Below, in pieces: positions 12,657-24,021 of a DNA stretch of 64,000 bases. A program made the translations under genes and the position numbers. How positions within the stretch are numbered: position 1 is the stretch's first letter; the number at the start of each line of letters is the position of its first letter. The DNA is taken from the NCBI RefSeq assembly GCF_964204645.1, contig NC_134028.1, positions 10,168,001-10,232,000 on the forward strand. Direction: 5' to 3'. The DNA comes from Tubulanus polymorphus. Taxonomy: Eukaryota; Animalia; Nemertea. The notes beneath the pieces are model-generated. The model was not told where the DNA came from, searched no databases, and saw only the letters and a list, made by a program, of their open reading frames with translations.

Positions 12657-14064
12657 ATGGCGACGCGGAAGAGAAAGATTGCGGCCCTAATAACTTTACT
12701 TGAAGATGGATTCTCGTCGTCTTGCCTGATAACTCATTGCGTTAATGAGCTCCGGCAACAGTGTCTGATCGGAGCTGACCAATCTGAAGCAGGACTCCCT
12801 TTGACCTGTGCTGAACTGTTAAAATACATGAAATCGGATACAAAACCGCGCATCATGGACTACATGACTGTAACTGTTCCAAAATATGAGCCAGACAATT
12901 TCAGAGCGCACTTTCGGATAACAAGGGCAGCGTTTAGTATTCTTCTTGAACATATTACACCGTTTGTTATAATGCATAATGATCGGAACAGTAGAAAAAT
13001 ACGGATACCTATTGACAAACAGCTGTTGGTTTTTATATATTATGCTTCTTCAACTGAGCCACTTATGAGAATTGGTGATATCTTTGGCATTTGTGAAGCC
13101 TCTGTGTATAACATTGTTGGTAAGTCATGTAAGTCCAACATTTGTTCTCTTCTCTCATACATCATATTTATTCCAAACGAGATTAATCAATTTACTTTAA
13201 TGTAAATTGATTAAAGTAAATTGATTAATCTTGTTTGGAAGCCAAAAACTGGTTCAATTCCAATGCTAAAAACTAAATACACTAATATTATGCTTTCTTT
13301 TAGGATTTATTGCGAAGATTATCGATGAAGATATCAAAAAGAAGATTGTCAAATGGCCATCACATAACCGTGTCAATGAAGTTATCAGTGGTTATCAGAA
13401 AAGACAAGGCTTTCCACATGTTTTGGGCGCTGTAGATGGTACACACATTCCGATAAAAAGTCCTGTTGACAGTTCTGAAACGTACATAAATCGTAAAAAG
13501 TTTCATTCTATTAATGTGTGCGCAGTTTGTGACCACGAGTATAAGTTTACGCAGACATATGTTGGATGGCCGGGATCATCACACGACTCGCGTGTTTTCA
13601 AAAACTCTCCATTAGCTATCGCAGCGGAAGACTTGCAACAGAGATATAAATTATTTCCACAGAACTCACATATTTTAGGTGACTCTGCTTATGAGCTTAC
13701 CGAGTATTTGTTAGTACCATTTAAGGACTATGGAAATATGAATAACACTGAAGTTACCTACAATACCAAACATAGCCAAACTAGAGTATTTATCGAAAAT
13801 GCCTTCGGCATACTGAAGGGTCGTTTACGCCGTTTGAAATATGTTGACATGCATAGATTGGATCGACTCGTTTCTTTCATTAGCAGTTGTTTCGTAGTGC
13901 ATAATATTTGTTTGGAGGTTGAGGAGACACTAGACGATTTATTAAGTGAAGGCCAGGAACTAGTCATCAGGGATGACACTCATGATTTGGAATACTGTGC
14001 TGTAGGTGTTAGACCTACTGCCGTTGGTAAAAGAATGGCAATTGCTGTTTTGCTCAGTGACTAA
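12657..14064 (+). CDS. Harbinger (HARBI1-like) DDE transposase, 2 exons (12657-13119, 13304-14064), about 407 aa
   Basis: GAVDGTHIPI, WPGSSHDSRVF, LGDSAY, RVFIENAFGILK. The GT-AG intron 13120-13303 splices in frame. Confidence 0.9.
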
Positions 14065-15133
14065 AAAGTATGCACAAGTGAATTGACTCATCTGTTGGTC
14101 AACAAGAATTAATAAATAAGAAAAGTACCTTATCAATAAATTTCTATATTTTGTTATTTTTGTTGGCATATGTGCTTTGGTTCTCATGGTATTTCTCTCT
14201 TTCAAATAAGTGGTATGCATATCTTTTTGCACATACAAGCATGAACATGTATCAGTTGCAGTGGCAGATCCAGGGTTTGCCCGGACACTCCCATCCCCTT
14301 AAAGTACGAGGCCCCTTAGAAATTCCAGACAAAAATAAGCATGAAAAAATATAAAAATTAGGCTAAACAAAAATGATAACTTGTTTCTCCGCAGCTGCCG
14401 GGTCTGTTATGGTAACATCGATCACGATTTAAAAAAAAAGTAATGTACAGGGTAGATAGGCGGCCAGCTGGGTCAACTTTTAAGAAAGGTATCATTTTTT
14501 AGCCTTAGGCCCTCAATTTCTAGACAAATTTTTGATCCCTGATCTGCCTTAGAGTTGAATTAATCAGGTAGACTACAAATTGGCCCGATACTGGGTATCG
14601 AAAGGCTGAAAGGTAATCATTGCATCTCTCTAGCAACAAAATAGTCCCAATTTCATTCTTAAGAAAATACAACATCCTGAAGAGAACAAGGTCCATGCTT
14701 CATTGCTGCTTACCAATGTTGGTAAGTACTTCTATGATCTTAAGAACAATCCAGAACTCTCAATCACCATGAAACAGTGTTTAAAAAGCACAATTGCAAC
14801 TTTATTTCTTAGACTTTAAAAAAAAATTAATACACATTTCAACAAAAATATATATTAAGTCCTTTAACAATTGACTTAAAAGTCCCCACAGTAAATGCAT
14901 TTTATATCTGATGGGTTCAACTTATACTCACAAACGTGATATAAAGTATGGAAAATAAAACGTAACTCTAAATTACCAATTAGGGCTGTTTGATAATAAT
15001 AATAATAGATAATTCCGCAACTTGCCGATGAAAAAGTACTCCACCAAAGAGTGTCTTAAACAAAACTAAAACTTGTTCAGAAGTTGTTTCATAACATCAA
15101 TTTTTTCTTCTTCTATTTTCTTCAAAGATTCAT

Positions 15134-17497
15134 CGGTTCCTGAACTTCGCTGAAAAAGCTGAATCACTGAAACGCTGAAACGCTGAAATAAAAACGCTGA
15201 AATTTCAGGGAATTTCTGAAAAACGCCGAAATTTCAGGGAATTCCCGAAAAACGCTGAAATCGTGCTAGGTACCAACAATACACGTTTTGAAATATTTTC
15301 CGGGCCGGTGTCCGCTGCTGAGTCCTGAACCGTGTTTTAGGTCTACCTTCGGTTACAGAGACATGCATGGACAGTATGTGTGGAGTATACTTCTAGAGGG
15401 CCACTTGTTGGACAAATTAATTCGCTTGAAATCCGGATTTTTAATGCATACAGGCAGCATAATGAGGAAAACCCATTCACAAACCGTGCAAGCCAACTTA
15501 AACACTATGCTCAATATTGCCTGCAAGACGCAAAATATCTTATTTGAACGTTCATGTATAAAACATGGAGCAACTTTTCTTTTGTCAACACGTTGATGGG
15601 CGACGGACTATTATGGTATTCTCTGAAGGAGGTAAATTAAATTTGACAGCTAGTTATATAAGTGATGCAGCTTTTGGACAAAAGGGATCTAACTAAATTT
15701 CTTTTTAATTCACTGACACTGTGGAATGGAATGGATTGACGCCAATGGCATGCAGTAGGCCCCTACGTATGGGTCATACTGATTAGCGTCAACCAATTAA
15801 TCTAAATCGGGCGAACCATTCAACAACTGTGAATAATTTATTTGCTGTGGCGTGATAATAATAAGTTTTTTTTAAAGAAATGACATACCAACTGTTAGGA
15901 AAATGTACCGATTCTTATTTTTAGACTTCTACTGAATCTATAAAAGGAGGAGTCATAGACAAAGTTGATTTGCTTAGCTGGAGACACTTCTTGTCAAGTA
16001 CATCATCTCAAGTACTTGGTGTTTTGTAAGTTTAATTTCAGTATTTATTTATTAAGTGCTGTTCCCTCGGACCTGCTGTGCTTTCAAACTAGGCCCACCC
16101 CATAGGCTATATAGTCCAGGGTGTATTAGCCACTATTCTTTTATATCCTACTAAAATGCACCTTTTTCTATTTTTAGATTCAGGCTTAGAATGTGCAAAT
16201 TCTTTGAGATACTGAGAAATCAGATGGCACCAGTAAACTTCAACTGCGAAATTTGCAGCAGGATAGCTGAACGACACAATTTTAAAAAATAAAATGGCTA
16301 TTCGAATGCTATTTCAATAATAACTTGATTCAACCAGAGAGAAATAAGTCAATTGTGGATGTACAGTACTCGCACTTTTCTTCCCTGTTTCCTGGTACCT
16401 AATTTTTAGTCTTAAGCTAAGCGATATTCTAAGGTATACTAGTGGATTTCATTAGAATATGAAGCAATGGAACCAGAATTCTAGCCAGAGTTAAGCGAAC
16501 TATTGATTCTGATATAGCCTAATGTAAGAACTGATTTCCTTTGTGTACTCTTGCAGAATATGTATTATTTCAAGCTGTTAAATAATATAGTTAGACAAAC
16601 GTCCAATTATTGGATCTTTCTTGTTGACTCGTTTAATTTTGTGAGTTAAGAGTTCCAGTCAATCCACAATGTGCAGTGCCTAGCCTTCATCTACACTAAA
16701 GCCAAGCCTGTGTATGGGAAAATATCGTTCGACTCCTATAGGCCAGACAAATCAAAGCATGCAATACATTGCAGATAATAGTCTCCGGCAAGTCGAAAGA
16801 GAAAGTAAACCAGGTTTTACCCCATACCCTACCGGGGAACAAAGACACTTAAAGACTCCTTCCTCCTGGTAGAAATTGTTGAAATATGGCACCCAATCGT
16901 AGCTATGCTAAGTACAGTATACTATGACGGTTGAACCTTTATTAACGAATTTCAATGACACCGAAAATAGAATCAAAATAATCATTAGTTCCATGCTAGC
17001 ACTTAATTTGGGTTATCAGGTTCAGCCTAACTGTACTTTCATTCAGCTACTACTTGTATGAGACTTGGCAATGATAAGTTGCAAGAAATCACCAAACATA
17101 AGAAAAAATATTGTGAATTAATATTACTGTAATTAAGAATTTATTCAAATGAAGTGATAACTTCATTGTTAGATCGTACCGGTATATGCAAATAAAACTA
17201 TGGCAAAAAACACATCTAACAATCCACGCAATCGATCAAGTCAATCATGACGACGACCTTAAGGCATGTCTCTGTAACCGTAGGAAGAGCATAAAACACG
17301 GTTCAGGACTCGTCAGCAGACACCGGCCCAGAATGATTTTCAAAACGTGTATTGTCGGTACCTAGCACGATTTCAGCGTTTTTCGGGAATTCCCTGAAAT
17401 TTCGGCGTTTTTCGGAAATTCCCTGAAATTTCAGCGTTTTTATTTCAGCGTTTCAGCTTTTCAGTGTTTCAGCTTTTTCAGCGAAGTTCAGGAACCG
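15134..17497. mobile_element. non-autonomous MULE-like element
   Basis: ~230-bp TIRs starting CGGTTCCTGAACTTCGCTGAAA; 9-bp TSD AAGATTCAT at 15125-15133 and 17498-17506. Confidence 0.88.
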
Positions 17498-18278
17498 AAG
17501 ATTCATATTGTTTATTCATTTCAACAAGAAATCGTTCATTATAATCTCTTCTTGCTTCTTCACTTTCTCTTAACATTTTAAAAATCTTACTCTGACGATC
17601 TGTCATACGACATTCTTTTCTCTTCTTAGAAGGATTAGATGTAGCGGAGCCCCTCCCCTTACTCGAAGAAGTACCTTCCGACTCTGATGTTTCGAAATCT
17701 GTATCTTCATCACTTGTTGCATCAGTTGGTAAACTAGAAGCTGATAATACCACAGGTCGACTGTTCGGTTTATTGGCTAGGTACTCATTTAGTTCATCGA
17801 AATACGGACATGTTTTCGGATCATTACCCGTCTTATTATTGTGATCCCGTGTCTTTCTATAATTGTTTAACAAATTTCCCCATTTATTTTTGATTTGGTC
17901 CCAACTGAAATGAAACCCCTTTTCAGCTAACAACGACGATATTTTTTCCCATATGCGTTTTTTAACTGTTTTTTTGTCTTCAAATTTTCCACGATTCATC
18001 TGATGGAAGCTGATCAACCAAAGTACTGCAGCCCTTGGCCATTCCCTTGATTCTGAAAAAAAAATGCAGAAAATAAACACATAGCAAAATTTCTTTGAGG
18101 AATATACAGCCTATTTCGTAAGACGGATAACACATGAAGGCAAGCTAAACAAGAAAAACTACAATAGCTAAGAACGAATAATTGATATGTAAGACATACT
18201 TATCAATACTTGTGGAGGTACACTTACGAGAAGATTCTGCTGGTGTTTCATCAATCCGTGAAGATGCTGCGGGAGTAT

Positions 18279-18494
18279 GAGTATCACGAGGACGAATCAG
18301 AGAGGTAGATGCTGATGGTGTATGAGTATCACGAGGACAAATCAGAGAGGTAGATGCTGATGGTGTATGAGTATCACGAGGACGAATCAGAGAGGTAGAT
18401 GCTGATGGTGTATGAGTATCACGAGGACGAATCAGAGAGGTAGATGCTGATGGTGTATGAGTATCACGAGGACGAATCAGAGAGGTAGATGCTA
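18279..18494 (-). repeat. 45-bp coding tandem repeat (~5 copies, SASTSLIRPRDTHTP)
   Basis: Repeat unit GAGTATCACGAGGACGAATCAGAGAGGTAGATGCTGATGGTGTAT. Confidence 0.9.
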
Positions 18495-20113
18495 CTGATG
18501 TTTCATCAGTCTGAGGAGAGGTAGAAGTGGAAGCTAGAGAATCAGGATTATCTTGTAGACCAATATGTTTGTAACTCTCAACCAAAGAGCTGATAATCTC
18601 AGCATCTACAAAAGAACATAAATGATTAAAATGAACCAGCAAAGAATTGTTGAGCTTTCTCAACTGCGTACTATCCAAATTGATTTTTTGCCAAATACCA
18701 CAATAATTTTGAATGAAGGCGTACTTACCACCAGCTATTGCCTTTGAATAAGTTGGCAGATCTAGCGTAAACGATACCATCACGCCATCTATTTCGATTG
18801 AAAACTCTCTGTAATACGACCTACAAAAGGTGAATCAACAATATATTGCCTTATCTTCATCCTTTGAATATCATGTATATAAGTCAAGTGCCTGTACCGT
18901 TCTTAGTCTGACTTATCATGAATTGTAAAATGCCACAATTGATATAACGACTAACTAAAGTAAAAAGACTGGAGAATGCCGGAGAACGGGATAAATTGAA
19001 GTGACATTATTGAATGGACCCTACTACCATGTTATTCTTGCGTCTTGTCGATATAAAATGTATCATCTATGATATATAAATATATTAGGCCTAGCGCTGG
19101 TGCGGTTTGATGGGAAAATTATCAAAATATCGCCTCAATCCACTCACACTGTCTGCGTCGTGGGCGCCGCCATCTTGGAAATCAAATCGCCAAATCGCTC
19201 GCCGAGCGAGTTGGTCGATTTCAAAAATCGATCGGAAAATCGTGTTCGTAAAAACGCCGATTGTGAAATCGATCGCAAAAATCGGTGCTCGTAAATGCGT
19301 TCCTACGATCGATCGCAAAAATCGGATGCTCGTAAAAACGCCTCTGGTGTTAGGGATTTCAGGTCACGTGATCAAAATGTGTCATATTCGCGTTTTTCAT
19401 CGCTTCAAATTTTTATTCATTCATTGAAAGCTCGTTTTACACCCGATTGAAGCCAAACTTGCACAGTATTCTCAATTAATGAATAAATTGTTGTGGTAGA
19501 AATTTCATGAGTTTATCTTACGTATTTACGGAGAAATCGATCGTAGTTCGCGGCGAGTCGGCAAATTCTGAAATCCAAGGTGGCGCCAGTGTATGAACCA
19601 CTGATTTTGTATCACGCGCTAGACGCGTGTCATTTTCAGTGGCCAATCCATGAGCCCGGGTGCTCATTAGTTATGATTTCGACCTCAAATGTCCTCTAGG
19701 CAGATCTCGTTTACAAACTGGTTGTGCGTGCAAGTTTTACTAGGTCATAGTTCGATTTTTATAGCTCTGAGCGTATAAGGCAGACTTCGTTTAGCCTTAT
19801 TATAATATTTAACAACTTGCACTCTACTAGGTATTAAAATTGAATAGTTTATTTATTATTTTCGATTGGAATTTTAGAAATCGATTCAGCAGTCTTTCGC
19901 GGATTTTAGTTTGAATTTGGCTCGTCCGCTAAAATTGTTTACATCCGGGTACTTCCGGCTCCACACCGGCTACAGCTGATCGATCAAAACACTTCCGGGT
20001 TCGGTTTTTCCGAGTAATAGTAAATATTAGAGTACTTTTAGGCCTATATTGCCGACTTTAAACAGGTTTTCATAGATAAGGAGTAAAGTAGAGAGTGAAT
20101 CATGGTTACAAAC

Positions 20114-22099
20114 TATGGAAGACCTCAGACGACATACAAGATATGAGATATAACATACGAGATATGAGATGCAACATACGAGATACGACATATGACATAC
20201 GAGATACGACTTATTTACAGTACGGGTGTCCGTCCGCTGGCGCCACCGCAGTGTATGTTTTTTCAATATTTACTGCATATAAATCGTTTAACATGGTGAC
20301 GCGTACAGTCATCGTCAATTATATGAAAACCAACATAGTCAACATTTTATTCAAACCAGAAATAGATTTCTTTTGGATAATGGACACCTGGACCGGACAC
20401 AACGATATTAGGCCATACTGTGAACACCCTGGACTAGGCGCGCCGCCGGCCGTTCCTCTCCCGCGGGCGACGAAAAGTTTTTCAAATCACAAAACTAAAA
20501 AGATATCAAACTGTTCATGTTCATAATATTATGCTATTTCTTGTCTTTCTTTGGTCTTAAAACGGCCTGGTGTTCAGGAGCCGGGGTTCCGGTTACTCAA
20601 TGCCTGCAGAAAAAATAACTACTGTTCACCGCCCGCCGTAACCGCCTGCTTTTCTGCATCAGAAATCAAAATTCTAAAAAAAACTCCGCAGCCGGAAATC
20701 CCGGCCCCCTTGTACCCCTCCTCCGCTGTTTGACACCCCTGCCTGAGTTCTTGAATCCCAAACAACCTGGGAACCCGTACATCGCCCTGGTATCCAGATT
20801 AAGAACTCCCGTGCTCTCTCTCAAGGTTTGAAATCCCCAGCTAAATTCCATCCCTATCGAGCTACTGGGGCAGACTGGTGAGTCCACTAGACCAGCCATT
20901 GAGAGTCGAGACTGGCCAGTTTTCGCTAACCGCTTTCTGAAGCCATAGTCTGGGGTCCTCCCCTGAAAATTTGTTCAATTTAGGTACTTGTGTATTCTGA
21001 GTGCTTTTTGGCTATCTTTCTTTTCTGACATCTTTCATGAAAAGGGCCAATGGCTGAATCTGAATAACTTTCATAATCGGAGAATCCAATTTAAGATCAT
21101 TCTTATCAATTGTCATGGCCAGTTTTAAAACTGTTTATTGACAAAAGTACAGGAACCACATAAATAAGTCTTCAGCAAAACACAACAGCTCTTACATTTG
21201 TAAAGATAAGAGATCCATGGAAATATCAAGTAACATTTCTTTAGACCGGGGAATTAGCGGAACACCGGAACGTTGCTCGTATGGTGCGTTTGCACCCGTC
21301 GCAAAAAACGTCGTGATAAATGAAATCAGCTGGACTAGGGCCAGGAGCTGAGAGTGATACAATGGAACTCCATTCTGATATTTAATGAATAATTCATTCA
21401 ATAGATCTATGTTATCTTTAGTATTTTTAATTCATGTCCATGTTTCAATTCATTCGTTGAAATCATAGTACACTAAACACAGATTCCGCGTGTGTCGGAC
21501 TTTTTTTTTAACTCTTTGGTCATCGGCATTCGTAATATACATACATCTTTCATTCTTCATCGAAAACCCTCCATCGAACGCGAAGTTTAAACCCTTGACT
21601 AGGCGCAATTCTTACTGACCACCAATTTGAAGGGGCCATGGCTAACTCTTTTTGAGGGATTTTTGTACACTCAAAAATGGAATTTGAGGCGTTTTTGGTG
21701 GATTTAGGGGCTGTAGCCCTGTATTTGGAGCCAACTCGAATCACCGGACCATCGGTGTCTCACACTACTAAGAGTGGCCGCCCACTGATGTCACAGCGAG
21801 AAGCCGGTCCCCGGGAGTGGTTGATCGAATATTTTTAAATGTTTTTCGTTTCAAATGAAACGTTTTTCGCATATTGATATTCATAGTTAATGTATACGCC
21901 ACTGCCTGCGCACGTGTCGTAGTATACGCCACAACGCCGAGTAGATGTTGAAAAATATACACCGCGGTGGCGCTAGCGGACGGACACCCGTACTGTAAAT
22001 AAGTCGTATCTCGTATGTCATAAGTCGTATCTCGTATGTTGCATCTCATATCTCGTATGTTATATCTCATATCTCGTATGTCGTCTGAGGTCTTCCATA
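20114..22099. mobile_element. non-autonomous IS3EU element (element B)
   Basis: ~140-bp near-perfect TIRs TATGGAAGACCTCAGACGACATAC...; TAY..RTA termini; no convincing coding capacity. Confidence 0.8.
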
Positions 22100-22393
22100 C
22101 TTAACCTCCGAAATTCAGTTCTAGCAGGGAAGTGTGATGAGATGGAATACGGACGCTATTGTGCAGCTCTTGTCGAATGTGCGTTGTAATTGCCCTAAAG
22201 CCGATAACGGTTCGTCGGCGAGCGCTTTGTTACGTAACGCGCCGATAAGCGATAACCAGCGAGATCGGGAATCTCCGTAATAATTCAGTTGTTTCCGAAT
22301 ATCGGTTTTTCATCCCATAATAAACTTATATAAAAATTCCTCTGTAAACTGGTTAAACTCAACACCTGATTTCCCCTCATCAATTTTAGTCGA

Positions 22394-22677
22394 TCAACTT
22401 GTATTCACAATTGTCTTAAATTTAAGTGTCCCCTAGTTTGTCTCTTTAACTGCTTCTCTTTAATCTGTTTTAGCGTGTAACTGTTTCTACGTTAATTTTC
22501 CTTTAGTTTGTATCATCTCTGATTAACTTTGATTCGGTCAACTTGTATTCACAATTGTCTTAAATTTAAGTGCCCCCTAGTTTGTCTCTTAACTGCTTCT
22601 CTTTAATCTGTTTTAGCGTGTAACTGTTTCTACGTTAATTTTCCTTTAGTTTGTATCATCTCTGATTAACTTTGATT
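22394..22677 (+). repeat. ~144-bp tandem duplication inside the P element
   Basis: TCAACTTGTATTCACAATTGTC...GATTAACTTTGATT occurs twice in tandem. Confidence 0.85.
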
Positions 22678-22839
22678 AGTCTCTTTGTCTCTGGATTGTA
22701 TATATATCTCATAATTTCTGTAGTATTCATTATTTCATTTTTGGACTTTTTCGTTATCATTGTGGGATTCTCTCTACATCGCTTCAGACGGATATAGTGT
22801 TTTATCAATCGTGATATCGGTTCTTTACGCTGTATTAAA

Positions 22840-23819
22840 ATGGCAACGGTTGTCAACGAAATTATCAATGATGACGATTTTGACGATCTATTCTTTGATA
22901 GTGACGAATTGGTTCAGATCGATACGGAAATATTACGGGAATCCTCTGGATCAGGATCAACTAATTCGGCCGATTCTAGTGAGTGTTATTCCTTTTGAAT
23001 CAATGAAATATCGGAATAGTTTCCACCTAATTGCAGGCACTTTATTCTTTCCTTTTCTTTTTCATGTAGGTACTTCTCAGGCTCAGCTGACCAGAGACTG
23101 CGATCTGAACACGAGAAAACACACATACAGGTATTTTTTACATTTATTTTTATAATCAATACAATCCTTTTAGGTTATAAAATAATAAACGAATACAGAA
23201 AATAATATATAAACATAATATAAAAATCCAGATAAGTACATGTTAAAATAATAATCATTATTATTATTTTCGCAGGAACACTATATATTTGGAAAAGGCT
23301 ATGACTGAAGTGATTAACCATCGAGTATTTAAATTCAGTTCAAATGGAATGGCAGCAGTACATTATGGAAAATCGATCGATAAAATTTTGTTTTCAAATA
23401 CGTCGCCGTCCAGACTTGGAATTAATCAGTGGTTTACAAAAATTCAAGATACATTATGTTCCGCCATTCACTTAAGCACTGCGAAAGATTTGGATAAAAT
23501 GTGGGCAAAGTTTCATGTTGCGACAACTGAAATCGAACTATTATATTATACGATGGAGATATTCAGTAAATGTAAAATTGACAAAGTAAATGAAAGAGCC
23601 GTTAACATATTTTTGCAATTTACTATGAAGATCCTCTTTCAGTACATGATCGAGGACCAATTTCACCATGACCGAACAAATGGCCGAACAATCGCGAAAT
23701 TAACGATCGAGGAGGAGCAGGCGCTGCGATACACTGCAGGTTATATACCATATGCACTCGTAAAACATTATCAGAAATTCCCGAAGAATTTAACCGCCAA
23801 ATCAGGACAAATCCACTAA
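22840..23819 (+). CDS. P-element companion gene (spliced, possibly truncated)
   Basis: Acidic first exon from ATG 22840 to a GTGAGT donor (~22979); short exon ~23070-23130; exon 23276-23819 with EEEQALRYTAGYIP. Confidence 0.5.
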
Positions 23820-24021
23820 AGTGTCACGCAAAGGTGAAAAGGGACTTCGAAAGGCGCTAGCAACTCTGAATGAAAACACCAACAGTTAAAACATGGTGAC
23901 ACTACCAATTGTATATACAAAATTGTGTGCGATATATTACAATCATACTCATGAACATGTATGTCAGTGTATAATAAATAAAAATTTACGTCTTGCAATT
24001 AATCGTCTTTTCACTTATCAC

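Larger units (their letters stand above)
15066..19173 (-). pseudogene. Harbinger Myb/SANT (MADF-like) DNA-binding partner, multi-exon, interrupted near its 3' end by a MULE
   Basis: Trihelix-like W...KKRIWEKIS...QIKNKWGNL...CPYFDEL motif in 17498-18052. Removing the MULE and one TSD copy restores ...KQYESLKKIEEEKIDVMKQLLNKF* ending at 15066. The 5' exons are tentative. Confidence 0.78.
12538..19343 (+). mobile_element. PIF/Harbinger DNA transposon (two-gene)
   Basis: TIR AGGCGTTTTTACGAGCA / TGCTCGTAAAAACGCCT; 3-bp TSD CTG at 12535-12537 and 19344-19346; CGATCG-rich subterminal repeats; transposase plus convergent Myb/SANT gene. Confidence 0.92.

Noticed and set aside
13171-13240. Hairpin in the Harbinger transposase intron
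   Set aside because: Short AT-rich inverted repeat with no evidence for a functional RNA.
20027-22070. Similar ORFs (MRYNIRDMRCNIRD...) on both strands, also at 33964-34390
   Set aside because: Translations of IS3EU terminal repeats.
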